Source: Emiliania huxleyi CCMP1516 (Eukaryota). From it: a stretch of DNA of 64,000 bases. The position numbers and the translations under genes are program-made. Location: contig NW_005202428.1 in the NCBI RefSeq assembly GCF_000372725.1, forward strand, positions 915,331-979,330, given 5' to 3'. Shown here one piece after another: positions 27,461-39,530 of this stretch. Each line of letters opens with the position of its first letter. Position 1 is the first letter of the stretch. The notes below the pieces were generated by a model. It ran no database searches and was not told where the DNA came from. It saw only the letters and a program-made list of their open reading frames with translations.

Positions 27461-28182
27461 TTAATTCGCGCTGACGTACATGAGCGCCCCCGCCACCCCC
27501 TCGACTCCCAGGAAGAGCGCCACCTTCCACATGCACCTGAGACCAGAGATCTGGGAAAGTCAAAAGAGAGAACCAGAGAGAAGACAGGGGGATTCCGGGA
27601 GCCAACACCCATCGAGCAGGTTCTGGAGCACATCGCCACCGCACCTGAAGTCGCACAGGAGGCCACGCAGCCCAGGGTACAGTATCGAGCACGCGCGGCA
27701 GGGTCGCGGGAGTAGCGGACGGCGCACCGAGCAAGCAAGGCGACGAGCGCCGCTTGGTAGGCCGCAACCTCGCCGGAAATTGCTGCGAAGCCAAAAACCG
27801 CACCGACGGCGAACTGCCGCGCGCCCCAGGCCCTGACATTGGGCGCCGTGCCTCGACCGTTTGCTTTTGGGCCGCGAAGGAAGGCGGCCAAGGACTCGTC
27901 CGTCAGGGGGCTGAGGGCCTTGAACTGGAGGGTGGGGAGGATTGGCGCTGGCAACGCAATGCGAATGCCACATCAGCGATGAGGCCGCGCTTCGTGCTGG
28001 GGTCTGCATGATTGTAGAAGTCGAGGCTCGGGTGCTATGCAGCTACATGCTCGTGCCTTGGCCGTGTCGAGGAGCACTCCCTGCAGCAGGTCAACCTCGC
28101 CGAGGAGGGCGGCGAGGCCGGTGGCGGCGTGCGCTGTGGCAAAGGTATAGGTGATGATCTTTGGGAGGAGTGGGAGAGGCAT
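27461..28182 (-). CDS. Small hypothetical membrane protein, multi-exon
   Basis: Hydrophobic exons TFATAHAATGLAALLG, VRAWGARQFAVGAVFGFAA..YQAALVALLAR and WKVALFLGVEGVAGALMYVSAN-stop. Confidence 0.5.
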
Positions 28183-28697
28183 CCTGTGCGCCTGGCCGCC
28201 TCTTCGTTCGGCCAGTCTTCGTTGGCCCCGGCCCGTCGGTGGGCGTCGCCCCGCTTTTTTTTTAGCCGGCTAAGAGAAAGAGAGAGAGTTGGCCCCGCCC
28301 CGCATGTTTGATGTTAAGGTATTTTACTTTATGGCAAGAAGTGTGAACAGACACGATAGCAATCGCTATAACAACTCTCCCGAAGGTTGGCTCTGCCACC
28401 CCTGCGCGCTGCGGGCGGCACACAACAGTCAGCTAGTAAAAAGTAGTGTGTCACTCGATCAACTCTCTCTGCGTCAGCTCTCACATACTCTCACAAGCTC
28501 AAGAGCAGGCCGTTCCGCGCTCCGGGCTGGGTGCCTCTGCGCACTGCGCTCTGCCGAGCGCGCGACGAGAGAGAGCCCCGGCGCCGCGCGGGCCGTCGGA
28601 CTGGCGCGCGCACGGACCGGCCGCGCGCAATAAAACATAACCGGATCTTGCAAGTACATCCAGGCGTCAGCGCGCCACACGCGAGTTCCGCAGACTT

Positions 28698-29281
28698 TCA
28701 CACTTTGGACTGGCTCTTCCGCACCAGCTGCATGCGCTGCTTGTACGCGTCCGAGTGCGCCTGCGGCCTCCGCTGGATCTGGCGGGCGGGGGGGGGGGGT
28801 GAACACGGTCGTGGCAGCGTCCACTCCTCAGCAACGGGCGCCGCACCAGGCGCAGCTCTGCGGACGATTCGCCGATCCCGGGCAGCCGTATGTCCCACCT
28901 AATGATCGGCGCCGCGCCGTGAGCGCCGCGCGAGCGGCAGCATCGTCATCAGCGCGGCGGCCCGCACAGCTTCTCGAGAGCCAGCTGCACGTCTTGTGTC
29001 TCGAGAGTGCGTGACCCGCGGTGAGACGCGAGCTGGCAGGCGAACGCAGCAACCTGCGCCAGCCGAGAAGCGTCAGGACGAGACCTGTCGGCGCTATTAT
29101 GCCATATGCGACGCCGAGGGCGGGCGGGTCTGGTGAGAGCGGGGCGGCACACGTTCTCGACGAAGTCGTCCGCGACGTCCTGCAGCACCTGCTCGGCGTC
29201 GGGCTCGAGCCTGATCGCCGGGTCGATCGCCGTCGCCAGCTCGCGCAGCCTCTCCGGTGGGAGGTAGTCGGCGCGCTCCAT
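28698..29281 (-). CDS. TAF12: TFIID subunit 12 (histone fold), multi-exon
   Basis: LRELATAIDP..LEPDAEQVLQDVADDFVENV / AAFACQLASHRGSRTLETQDVQLALEK / WDIRLPG / AYKQRMQLVRK. Confidence 0.9.
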
Positions 29282-29419
29282 GCCGACGCGCGACGAGCCG
29301 ATGCGCGACGAGGGGAAGAAGCGAGAAGCGGCAGTGGCGCGACGGCGCTTCGTTTTTTCTGAATTCCAAAAGAAATTCGCGGGCAGAGAGTCCGGTAACG
29401 GATTTGGCCCATGCGCGTG

Positions 29420-30804
29420 CTCTTCCTCTTGCTCGCCGCGCGCTCGGGAGCCGGAGTGGCGGGGTCGGAGCTGCTGCAACGGCGCGAGTGGCCGCGAGGG
29501 GTGGTGCTGGGGCTCTCCAGAGAACGAGGCCACGGCGCGGCGCTCGCGGCGGCGCAAGGCCCCCCCCCACGAGCGGGGTGGACGGCCGACGCGTGGAACC
29601 CCGGCTAGAACGACCGCAGGGGCAGGGGGCCGCCTCCGAGGCCCCGCCTCAGGAGTTGCGGCGGCCGGTACCGCCACCAGGCCCGCCGCCACCACCACTG
29701 TACCCGCCCCCGCCGCTGGAGCGACCGCTGGGTCGAGGAGCCGCCCCTGAGGTTCCACACCAAGCGGTGCAGTCGCCAGTGCTGCCATCGTTTCCGCCAC
29801 CCACACTGCCACTTCCGCCCCCACCACTGGGACGGCTGCAGAGTCGTGGGGCCGCCCCAGCGGCTCCACACCAGGCGTTTGGACCGCAAGGGCCGCCACC
29901 ATACCCGCCGCCCCTGCCACCGCCTCCACCCCCGCCGCCGGCGGGGCCGCCACCGTGTGGACCCGCTCGGAATAACCTGGGAGATCCGGAACCGCCCCGC
30001 CGGAGGCTGGCGTACCCGGGAGAAGGAGCTGGGAGGGGGGAGTTGCCGCAACACAATAACGAACCCGCCGGCGAGCCGGAGGGCCGAGACCGGAGGGCCC
30101 CGGGGGGGGCCTGGGGTCAGCTGTCGGAGGAGGCGAGAGACGAGCTGACGCGGCCTCTGCGAGTAGAGTCGGGACGGACGGACGAGCCGAGGACGATAGA
30201 GAGACCGCGGGGGCGGGCGCGAGTCCTCGACCGAAGAGAGCTGGCCCCACCCCCCGGGGAGGGGCGGCGTGGCGATCGAATGCCGCCGCCCTCACCCGAG
30301 GAGTCGGGCACGGGATCGCCGGAGGCGGGGGCAACAAGAATAGCCCCCGAAGACGAGACGGCGGCGAGGCCGCGGTCGAAGAAGTATAAGAGGGGAAGGC
30401 GGGCTCCGCAGCCGACGCCGGACCATCGGAAATCGAACAGGAGGGAGGGCCGGGAGGAGAGGGGAGCCCCCTCGGATGGGAGGTGGGGAGATCGGGCGGA
30501 GGAGCCCTGAGTGGCGATGTCGGGTGAGAGTGTACGTCATGCTCGTGTCTAGTGTCTGGTGTTTACTAGCTCCGAGTAGAGGGGGCGTTCCGCCGCTAGG
30601 GGACACCCAAAGCGCAGAACCAACCCTCGGAGACCCGTGTTTACTTTAAGGCCCTTGCCCTGCGAATGCGCGCCCCCCCCTAGCTAGGGGTCAGGGCTCT
30701 CTAGCCCGTAGCCCGATGCCGATCATCCGGCCCGCTGGATGCGCTTCTCAGCTCACCGGCCCTGGATGTGAGGTTACCGACTGCACTCCAAGTGCTCCAA
30801 GTGC
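29420..30804 (+). mobile_element. Probable 5'-truncated retroelement piece: Pro/Arg-rich ORF end (stop 30510) plus shared 3' region ending CTCCAAGTGCTCCAAGTGC
   Basis: 30620-30804 matches 43401-43586. Shorter 3'-coterminal copies lie at 62385-62431 and 58446-58467. The 5' boundary is approximate. Confidence 0.55.
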
Positions 30805-31045
30805 GGGCTGGCGCATTGTCTGCGCGAGACCATCCCTCCCTTGGGTTGTCTGTTTTCTTTCTTTCTGCGGGACGAGGTCGAGGACGTTCGAAGAGAGTGT
30901 CGGCGGGCAGTGCAGCACCAACAGCGCACGCAGCAGAGAGGCGAGACGATATGATAGAGAGATGCGACTGAGAGCCTGAGAGGGCAGGGAGTTGTGTACT
31001 TTGTCACGGCGAGTCGCATGTCGTAGGCCATTACCCCATCAGCCC

Positions 31046-33560
31046 TCAATCACCCCCGCCCACCGGCTCTCTCCTCCCCATCGCCGCCCACCCGCGCCGC
31101 GCTCTCCGTCTGCTCTCCGCCACTCTCACGGCTGCGCCCGCCCCGCCCACCAGCGCCGCGAGCTGCAGAGGGCGGCGGAGCGGCGGCACCGCTGCGGCGA
31201 GTGAGGCGAGGATGCCCAGCGCAACCGCCGCCACCGACCTCGGGCGGACGGGTGTCAGGTCGGCGACTGCCCTCCAGCTGTCCGCCAGAGGCTCGTCGGC
31301 GAGGCCGCCCCGCGTGAAGACGAGCCTCCCCCCTCCAGCAGCCCGCGCGAGCCGCAAGCGCTCGTCGACGTACGTGGTGCAGAGGCTTACCGGGGGGCTC
31401 TGCCCGGCGGGCAACTCGAAGGTGCGCGCCCAGCCGCCGCGGCCGATGGAGAGGCGCGGCGTGCCGAAATCGATCCGGACGGCCGTGTCGAACCGGAGCG
31501 GCGTGCCGTGCTGCCGCCGGAGCGCCTCCACCGCCGTGCGGTCGAGGCGCTCGACGGCGCCTGCCGTGAAGACCGAGGCGGGGATGCCGCAGCAGGTGAA
31601 GCCGACGTAGTTGATGGCTGCGTCGGGCGCGACGAGGTGCTGGAAGGAGAAGCGGAGCGAGAAGAGCGCACCGAGCGCTCTCGAGCCAAACGGCCGCGTC
31701 GGCTCTTCTCCGCCCGAGCCGCGCTTGCCGTCGATCGAACGGTCGAAATAGGCCAGCTCGTAGTTGCCACAGAGCGGCGCGTCCCCCGCCGCGTCCAAGT
31801 ACGGGACGCCCTCGCCCGCCTCCTCGAGCGCGCAGAGTAGCTCGCGGATCGCGGCCCTCTCTGCCGGGGCCCTCGCGCTTGCGGGTCGGCGGTCGGCGAG
31901 CAGAGAAATCAGCGCGTCGACAGTGGCCGTCCTCGGCTCGACACTGGCCGACATCTGCGGGCCTGACACGCGCGGCTGCTGCGCCCTCGGCGGAGCCTCT
32001 CCCTCTCCCTCTCCCTCTCCCTCTCCCTCTCCCTCTCCCTCCTCGGGGAAAGGGTACCTGCTGCCCCCTCGGTTCAGCTCCGTGTAGTCTGCCGGGTCGA
32101 GCGCCGGATACGTGCGGTCGAGCAGCCCGCGCTCCCACCCGTCGCCGCCGTCGCCCGGGCTCTCGCCCCGCCCCACCTGGTACGTGCAAGCAACTGTTAC
32201 GCGGAAGAACGGCGGTCGCCACTATGCGGGCCACTGTGCGGTGTCGGCAGCCCCACCAGGTCGACGCGAGGCGAGAGGGGAGGCTCGAAGTCGGCGGCGA
32301 ACGCGTTGCGGATCTCGTCGAGGAGATCGACGCGGTTGCCTGAGTAATTAATTAATCTCGTCTAATTGCGTAATTAATTAATGAATCTCGGCGAGGAGGT
32401 CGACGCGGTTGCCCAGCGTGGACGCGTGGCCCGCGCCCTGCACCGTCACGGTGCCGCGCCTACGAGGGGCCCGCCTCGCGAGTGTCTCGCCCGTGTCTCG
32501 GCGGTGTCCTGGAGGTGCCCCGTGAGCAAGCCGCGCCAGAAGGCAGGGTCGCACGCCTCGCGCAAGCGGGCGGCCTCGTCTACGCTCGGCAGCAGGCGGT
32601 CGAGGTCGCCCACCACGGCGAGCATCGGCAGCCGCAGCTCCTTGACGACGCTCCGTCTCTCGAGCAGGTCGGCGCCTGATGGCAAGCAGTGTGGCCGCAC
32701 TTCGCATCACGAGCGGTGAGTCGCAGCGCCGCCTCGAGCAGGCCGGCGCCGTACTCCAGCCACCGACTCAGCCGGAAGCCGAGCTCCTCGGGCGAGAAGA
32801 CCTGGATCGCGAGGAGGGGCCCGATGTCGAGCCGCGGCCCGCTCAGCCCGAGCGTCGCTCCCATCGCGACGCGGCCGACAAAGGCTTCGCGGTACGGGTT
32901 GTTGTTGAGCTCCGTCGCCTTTTGCGCGGCGACCGTGGAGAGGAAGGAGGGCGCCTGGTACGCGGGCGTGAGCACGAGGGCGGCGACAGCGACGAGCGAC
33001 AGCGCGTACAGCGGCGCGAGGAGAGGGCCGGCGAGTGATGCGCACAGAGGCCCAATCTTTGCGAGCGTCGAGCGGCGGTACGAGGTTGCCGGGTTGACCA
33101 GTACGACTCCACGCACACCTCCGCGTTGCTGGCCGGGGAGAAGGACGCGGGAGAGTTTGTCAGCGACGGCGAGGGCGAGCGTTGCGCCAAACGACTCGCC
33201 CACGAGCAGGACCTGCCGGCCGCCCGCTGCCGACGTGGCGACAGCGACTGCGCATGAGTCCGCCACCTCCTCGAAGCTGGCACGCGAGGCGAGGCCCTCG
33301 TTGTGCCGCATGCATGCGAGCTCGAAGGTGGTGCTCAGCTCGCAGAACTGCATGAATGGCGTCTGCAGGGAGCCATCCATCCCCGGAAAAAAGTACAGGA
33401 TTGGCTTCTCGGCCGCTGAAGTGGTTCCCCAGCCGCCAGGCTCTGCGAAGCCGTCAACCTCAAGCGGGTTGACGAAGTGGACGCACGGCGCAACCGAGCC
33501 GGTGAGCGCTACAGGAGTCGAGCCTCGGGGCGGGTGCAGAGCCGTTACCGCGAGCCACAT
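31046..33560 (-). CDS. Alpha/beta hydrolase (esterase/lipase/thioesterase, PES-like N-domain) apparently fused to a fibrillin-like domain
   Basis: FPGMDGS, LVGESFG, LVNPATS, GDLDRLLPS and GAGH form the hydrolase. After a short intron an open frame carries AIRELLCALE..LCGNYELAY..TTYVDERLRLARAAGGGRLVFTR and a hydrophobic tail. Confidence 0.7.
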
Positions 33561-33768
33561 CGGCAAGAGGCTAATGCGGCCTTCAAGGCGAGTGCAGTCC
33601 TGGCGAGCAGAGGCACACGCACGCTCTCACCTCTGGACGTGCTCGCGCAGGTGTCTGCCGTCTCTTGGAGCACAGCAGGAGCAGAGCCCGGCCCGGGGGC
33701 GAGGCGGGCGAGGGTGCTCGCAGGATTCCCTGCTCGAAGAGCCTGACTCGCAGGAGAGCTTCTCGAGC

Positions 33769-34660
33769 ATGGACGTGGACGGGGTGGAGGAGGCAAGCTC
33801 TCGCAGGACACCCTGTCTGGGCAGCCCGACTCGCAAGGCAGCTTCTCGAGTATGGACCTGGACGAGGAGGGCGAGGCGGAGAGCGGCCCTCCCTGCGCCT
33901 GACGAGGCGGGCGAGACGAAGGAGGGCGACGGACAAAGTCGCGGCGCAGGGGGTCCGGAAGGCGGCGGGGCTGGAGGGGGCGGCCCCTCCCCGAACCTCG
34001 CCCTCGGGCGTGTTAGAGTCGTCGGCCAGGGAGGCAGGACTCCCGCAGGGCACCTTCGGGTGGATCTCAGTAGAGCCGGCAGGCACCCCGAGCTCGCGAC
34101 GCCCTTCACGACTGGAAGGGCCAGGGAGCGCACGTGCTTTGATCGCAGGGGGCACCATGGAGGGTGCACCTGCGCCACGGAGGCACTCCGGGCGGCGTAT
34201 GCAATGTGGGGGGAGGGCCGGGGAGATGCTGCCTCGGCGCGCGCTGCCGCGACGCGGCACGGAGTCGACCGGGCCACGCCGGCGAGGGAGATGCGCTCCA
34301 GCGAGGGTCGCGTCCTTGAAACCGCCGACGCGTTCCTGGACGACAAGGCCGATCGACTCTGGAGGACGCGGTCGGCGGCACTTCGCGAACTGGCACAGAA
34401 GGTTCGAGACGGCACGGATCTTGTGCTCCTATGCGCGGGTAGGATTGAGTCCTGTCACGGCGATCTGCTGAGGAAGGGGATCCTAGCCGTAGCGGCGCAA
34501 CTCGAGGCCACCAGCAAGAGGAAGCCGCGCTCCGACAAGGGCAAGCCGAGGGGTCCTCGGGGGCCCAGGGCCGATTCGGTGGAGACGGCGGCCCGCATGG
34601 GGGTGCTGTCGACCTTCTACCTCCGGCACGCTTATGGACGGGACAGTCGGGGGCTGCATG
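33769..34660 (+). pseudogene. DUF4326-like domain fragment, likely mobile-element derived
   Basis: RVDLSR..LATPF..AAYAMW..LRELAQKVRDGTDLVLLC..SCHGDLL resembles the DUF4326 pattern (R..GNPF..Y..L.C.C.P..CHGDVL). Confidence 0.55.
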
Positions 34661-34719
34661 AAGAGGACGGGGTGCTCTCCGCGAACGGGGGGGTGCTGTG
34701 CGCAGGGTGCGGGGAGGCG

Positions 34720-34835
34720 CAGGACCGCGCTGCGGCTCGGCTACCGCGCGCTCGACTCGGCCTACATCTACGGCGGAGAGAAGACGGAGCCGGAGACGGG
34801 TGCGGCCCTCGCCGCCGCGCTGGAGGCGGGCGAGG
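34720..34835 (+). pseudogene. Aldo-keto reductase N-terminal fragment
   Basis: TALRLGYRALDSAYIYGGEKTEPETGAAL matches the AKR GYRxxDxAxxYG motif. The rest of the enzyme is not seen. Confidence 0.65.
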
Positions 34836-35758
34836 CCAATGGGTCCTCGGAGAGGGTACCCTGGACGGGCGGGGCCTCTATTCGCCAGGGGCCGTGTATT
34901 TAGGTATGTTGTGGCTCGCTCAGTGGCGGGAAGAATTCGCACCAGGGCGTCGGAGTCAGTCGCACGTTCAGCCATCTGCATTCTTTTTGGGGTGCCTAAT
35001 GCGTGTCTTCATTGACAGAGATTCCCGCGATGCTGGCGCTTCGTAAGAGAGCCGTCTCCTGCGACGAGCAGAAGCCGGCCGCGCAGCGGCAGCGCCGCGC
35101 GTCGCACGCGCATTCTTACGTATTGCCGCAGTTCTCTCCCATCACCGACCTCGCTCATCTCGAACTGGCGCGACGCCGCTCGAACGCACCGCCTCTTGCA
35201 CTTCGCCACGCCTCCGCACACATGAGGCCTCCGGCACTGCGGGCATCCTTACGGCGCGGTCTCCTCCTCCCGCGCAGGATCTGGATGCCCTGGCCATGTC
35301 GCTCTCAACCTTCGACATCCATGCCGACCTCCTCGCTCTCGATGGCACAGGCGAGGTCGCCTCTCCTCGCATGAGCGCCTCTACGGCCTCATACTCGGAG
35401 TCGGACGCCACTTGATGGGTGTGTATCGACCTAGATATACGCCTCCCCTAAGTTTCTCCGAGACCTCGCAAGCGGCCGGTTATTCACAGCAGGGCAGTGT
35501 GGGTTGGGCCGGGCAGGGCAGTGTGGGTTTCACACCCGGGGCAGGTAGGGGATCGGGCGAGGCAGTGTTGTGCGGCAGTGCGGGCAGGGCAGTACGGCAG
35601 GGGAGGGCAGGGCAGGGCAGGGCAGGTCATAATCGCAGGGCTGAGATTTGGGATCTCGGGTGGTGAAAAAAGGGTTTAATATAACAAAATAAAAGTTTTC
35701 AAAAGCGGCGCAAGTTACGCGGCGAGAAAGGGGCGGCGTGCGGCGGCGACATTGGGTA

Positions 35759-35979
35759 TTGAGCACTTGAGCACTGGATAGGGTCGATTCCGCACGGTAT
35801 GGGACCCCTCGATCGTCTCGCCCTCCCTCACTGGTGTGTTCATTGGGGGGGGGTCATAACAAACACGGTACAGGATCGAGGTGCACGCTGCCAAAGCAGT
35901 GTCGTCCCCCCTCTCCCCGACGGCGATGGCGGTGTGACCGATCGAGCTACAAGAGGAGCTTGTTCAGCAGGATCCGGGG
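35759..35979 (-). repeat. About 220-bp conserved element end terminating in AGTGCTCAAGTGCTCAA; inverted copy at 63245-63464
   Basis: Near-identical reverse-complement copies with few substitutions. Confidence 0.9.
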
Positions 35980-36379
35980 TAGTGATTGGGTATTCAATTG
36001 GAATTGCTGATGCTGTGCGCTTCTTCCTCTGTCGCGTCGCTCTCCTCTGCCTCGTCCTGCGACGCCGCCGCCGCCTGCCGTTCCCTTGTTCTCGCGGCTT
36101 CTTTCGCCTTTCGGCGCAACTCCGCCCTCCTCGCGGCAAATCTTGGCCCCTCGAGTCTATCGAGCTCTCCTCGAGCAAGGACAAGTCTTCTGACGCCCAC
36201 TGCGATCATTTGCCACCCAGTCATGTCGTTGCTCAGGTCCACTCTCTCTTCGAACACTTGTGCCTCCACGGATGATGCCGGCGCTGGGGTCCCCTTCGTG
36301 TTTTTTGTGCGAGGAGCACTTTAGGCTGAATATACTTTTCCTCTCGCACCCCGTCTCTTTCCCTTTCCTTTTTTCTCTA

Positions 36380-36755
36380 CAGTTCCGGACGGGCATTAAG
36401 AACCTCTAACGTTAAGAACCTGAGGCTCATATTTCGGCCGGATCCCTAAGAACTCCCTAAGAACCTGAGGCTGGGCCAACGCCTGCAGCCGGCGCCCCTG
36501 CCCCCGCGGCCGCAGCCGCAGGGGCAGCTCACGGCAGCGAATGACTCTCTTGTCACGCCATGCGCGAACTTACTGTTCCAAACTTCCAAACTGTTTTAAG
36601 ACCCATTTATTGATTTTTAATCGAAGCCGAAACGGTTTAAAAAACCATCCACCCGGTTAAGAACCTGAGGCTCGGCCCCCGACGGACCGCCGACTTAGCT
36701 AAGAACCTGAGGCTGGGCGAAGAACCTGTGCGTTCTTAATGCCCGTCCGGAACTG
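36380..36755. mobile_element. Tc1/mariner-type MITE (376 bp)
   Basis: Perfect 24-bp TIRs CAGTTCCGGACGGGCATTAAGAAC / GTTCTTAATGCCCGTCCGGAACTG with TA on both flanks. Four internal direct TAAGAACCTGAGGCT motifs at 36413, 36458, 36658 and 36700. Confidence 0.95.
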
Positions 36756-37289
36756 TACAGCACCCTCTCGTTTCCTCTCTATTTTCCCGGGGAAACCATC
36801 AAATTTTCCGGGCTCTGAGCCGAGTCTGAGGCTGGTTTGGGGCCGGCGAAATACCGGGTATTTTGCGGGTATACCTGGAAAACCCCGGGTATACCTGGAA
36901 AATACCCTGCGACCGCCTGGCTGGGTATCGTGCCGATTTCCTCAATTTTGCCTCAGATTTTGCCCCAGACCAGCCAGCTCTCAGACTCAGGGAAACTCGC
37001 GAGTTTCCAGAATGGAGCACCAAACACCCTCTGTTTTCCCTGGAAATTTCCGGAAACGCAAAGTGCTGGGGACCCTCTGTTTTCCTTTTTGTTTTCCGGA
37101 AAAGTATATGCAGGCCAAGGAAGGAGCACTTGAAGACCCACTTGTCGCAGCGCATTTTCTTTACCATCGAAATTCTTTTCCCGGTGTACCTGTGTTAGTG
37201 CCAGTGCGCGCCAGTCCCGTGCCCAGTGTCGTGCGAGGGAGTTTTGTCGTAAAATTCCTTTGGTTTTTTGTTTTTCTTTCCGCCACATA

Positions 37290-39353
37290 ATGGCCTCGCC
37301 AGCCCGCCTCAGCGCCGCGCCCCGCACGCCGCCTCCTCCGTCGACGGAGCGCGGCGGCGACGTCCCTGCAAGCATTGAGAAGGCCGCCAAGGATGGCCAA
37401 GCGGGAGCGGTGCTGGCGTGGCTCGACGGCGGCGGGTGGGTCGACGCGACGTTCGAGTACACCTTTGAGGACGGCCCTCGTGAGAGCGGCATGACGCTGC
37501 TGATGATCGCAATGGCCCATGGCCACGCGGAGCTGGCCGAGGCGCTTCTGCGGCGCGGCGCAGATGTCTCGTTGCAGCACAGCAACGGTGGCACCGCGCT
37601 GAGCCTTGCCGCCGCCAACGGCCACAAGAAGCTGGTCGAGCTGGCACTGCGGCACGGCGCGGAGATCGATCAGAAGAACAACAACGGCTGCACTGCGCTG
37701 ATGGACGCCGCCTACAAGGGCCACGAGCGGATTGTCGCCACGCTGGTCCGGCTCGGCGCAGAGATCAACCTGCGGGACAAAGACGGCGACACCGCCCTGA
37801 TTTTCGCTGCTTATCACGGCCATCCCACCGTGGTGCTCCGCTTGCTGCGGGCGGGCGCAGACATGAAGCTGCGCGACGTGTACGGTGAGACGGCGGTGCA
37901 GATCGCCAAGGAGAAGGGCCACAGCGAGTGCGTCGAGGCTTTCAGGACGTATCTCGGCGAGGTGACGGCAGCTCGCAGCAAGGCGCCGTCGGCCGAGGCG
38001 GGTGGCGCAGGGGCGGGCGGCGCACCCGCAGGCGAGGCGGAGGCGGGCGCCAGTGCTGCGGCCTCCGCTTCGAGCGGCGAGGGCGGCGCAGAGACCGCGC
38101 CGGGCAGCGAGGCGGTGCCAGAGGAGGTCGTGCTAGCGGCTGAGCGAGGCGAAGAGGCGGCGGTGCTGGCGTGGCTCGACGGCGGCGGGTGGGTCGACGC
38201 GAGATACGAGTACACCTTTGCTTGCGGCTCTCGTGCGAGCGGCATGACGCTGCTGATTATCGCCGCCTTGAACGGCCACGAGAAGCTGGTCGAGCTGGCA
38301 TTGCGGCACGGCGCGGAGATTAATCAGGGAGACTGCGTGAACGGCTGCACTGCGCTGATGAACGGCGTGGGCCGCGAGGGGGTGGTCGACATTTTGATCC
38401 GGCTCGGCGCAGAGATCAACCTGCGGGACAAAGACGGCGACACCGCTCTGATGTTTGCCGCCTTGTTTGGACAACCCGCGGTGGTGTGTCAGCTGCTGCG
38501 GGCGGGCGCAGATGCGACGCTGTGCTCTAAGCAGGGCAAGACCGCGCTGCAATGTGCCAAGGAGAAGGGCCACGCCGAGTGCGTGCGCGTCCTCGAGGAG
38601 CGTGCGGCGGCCAAGGCGGCGGCCGAGAAGGCGGCGAAGGAGGCGGCGTGGGCTGCGGGTGCGGCGGAGAGGGAGGCGGAGAGGGCGGCGGCGGAGAAGA
38701 AGGCGGCGCGGCACGCCGAGGAGCTGCTGGCGGAGGTCGAGGCGGAGAAGCGCGCCAAGGGCAAGAAGGGCAAGAAGAAGAAGAAGGGCGGAGGGGCGGG
38801 CGGGGCGGGGCCGTCGCAGGAGTCCGAGGCGCCGGCAGAGGGTGCCGAGGCGCCGTCGGAGGCAGCCGAGGCCGCAAAGAAGGCCGAGGAGGAGAGAATG
38901 ATCAGGCTTCTCGAGAAGTGTCACGAGGAGAGGATGCGGTTCAGCATCACGGCGGAGAGCCAGGCGGCGGCGTCGGCAGAGGTGGCGCAGGCTGTGCGCT
39001 TGGACGCTGAGGCGGACGAGGCGGAGGAGGAGGCCGAGGCGGACAAGGCGGAGGAGGTGGCTGCCGTGGCGGCGCTGGCAGCTGCCGAGGTGGCGAGGGC
39101 GGAGGCCAGGGCGGCGCATGCGGAGGCCAGGGCGGTGCATGAAGAGGCCGAGGCTGCGTTTGAGAAAATCAAGGCCGCGCGGGAGGCGGCGGCGGCGGCA
39201 CTGAGCGGGACCGGGTCGGCGCTGGAGGGGAGCGAGACAGCGCTCGAGGAGGCGGCGGCTGCTGCGGAGGCGAGGGGTGCCGCTGCGGCCGCGTCGATGG
39301 CCAGGGCGGTTGCAGCCAGGATGGCGGCGGATGTGGCCCAGGAGCGCTCATAG
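37290..39353 (+). CDS. Ankyrin-repeat protein with a duplicated ANK block and Ala/Glu/Lys coiled-coil tail
   Basis: Repeated GxTALxxAAxxGH motifs. The block AVLAWLDGGGWVDA..KEKGHxECV occurs twice. Intronless. Confidence 0.9.
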   Translation: MASPARLSAAPRTPPPPSTERGGDVPASIEKAAKDGQAGAVLAWLDGGGWVDATFEYTFEDGPRESGMTLLMIAMAHGHAELAEALLRRGADVSLQHSNGGTALSLAAANGHKKLVELALRHGAEIDQKNNNGCTALMDAAYKGHERIVATLVRLGAEINLRDKDGDTALIFAAYHGHPTVVLRLLRAGADMKLRDVYGETAVQIAKEKGHSECVEAFRTYLGEVTAARSKAPSAEAGGAGAGGAPAGEAEAGASAAASASSGEGGAETAPGSEAVPEEVVLAAERGEEAAVLAWLDGGGWVDARYEYTFACGSRASGMTLLIIAALNGHEKLVELALRHGAEINQGDCVNGCTALMNGVGREGVVDILIRLGAEINLRDKDGDTALMFAALFGQPAVVCQLLRAGADATLCSKQGKTALQCAKEKGHAECVRVLEERAAAKAAAEKAAKEAAWAAGAAEREAERAAAEKKAARHAEELLAEVEAEKRAKGKKGKKKKKGGGAGGAGPSQESEAPAEGAEAPSEAAEAAKKAEEERMIRLLEKCHEERMRFSITAESQAAASAEVAQAVRLDAEADEAEEEAEADKAEEVAAVAALAAAEVARAEARAAHAEARAVHEEAEAAFEKIKAAREAAAAALSGTGSALEGSETALEEAAAAAEARGAAAAASMARAVAARMAADVAQERS

Positions 39354-39530
39354 AGAGCTGCCCCTGCCGAGAGGCCACGGCCGCTGAGACTCAACATTTC
39401 TTGTGCGAGCGCTGCCTCATTCAGCGCGGCGCGGGCGGGGGATCGATGTGTCTGGAGGGAGGGAGTGGGGTGCAGGAGCAGGTCTGCTGGGGCGTCCCTT
39501 GAGGAGTTGTCTGTTTTCTTTCTTTCTTTT

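Noticed and set aside
36380..36755. Spaced TAAGAACCTGAGGCT repeats resembling a CRISPR array
   Set aside because: Repeats are only 15 bp, irregularly spaced, inside TIRs, in a eukaryotic context with no cas genes.
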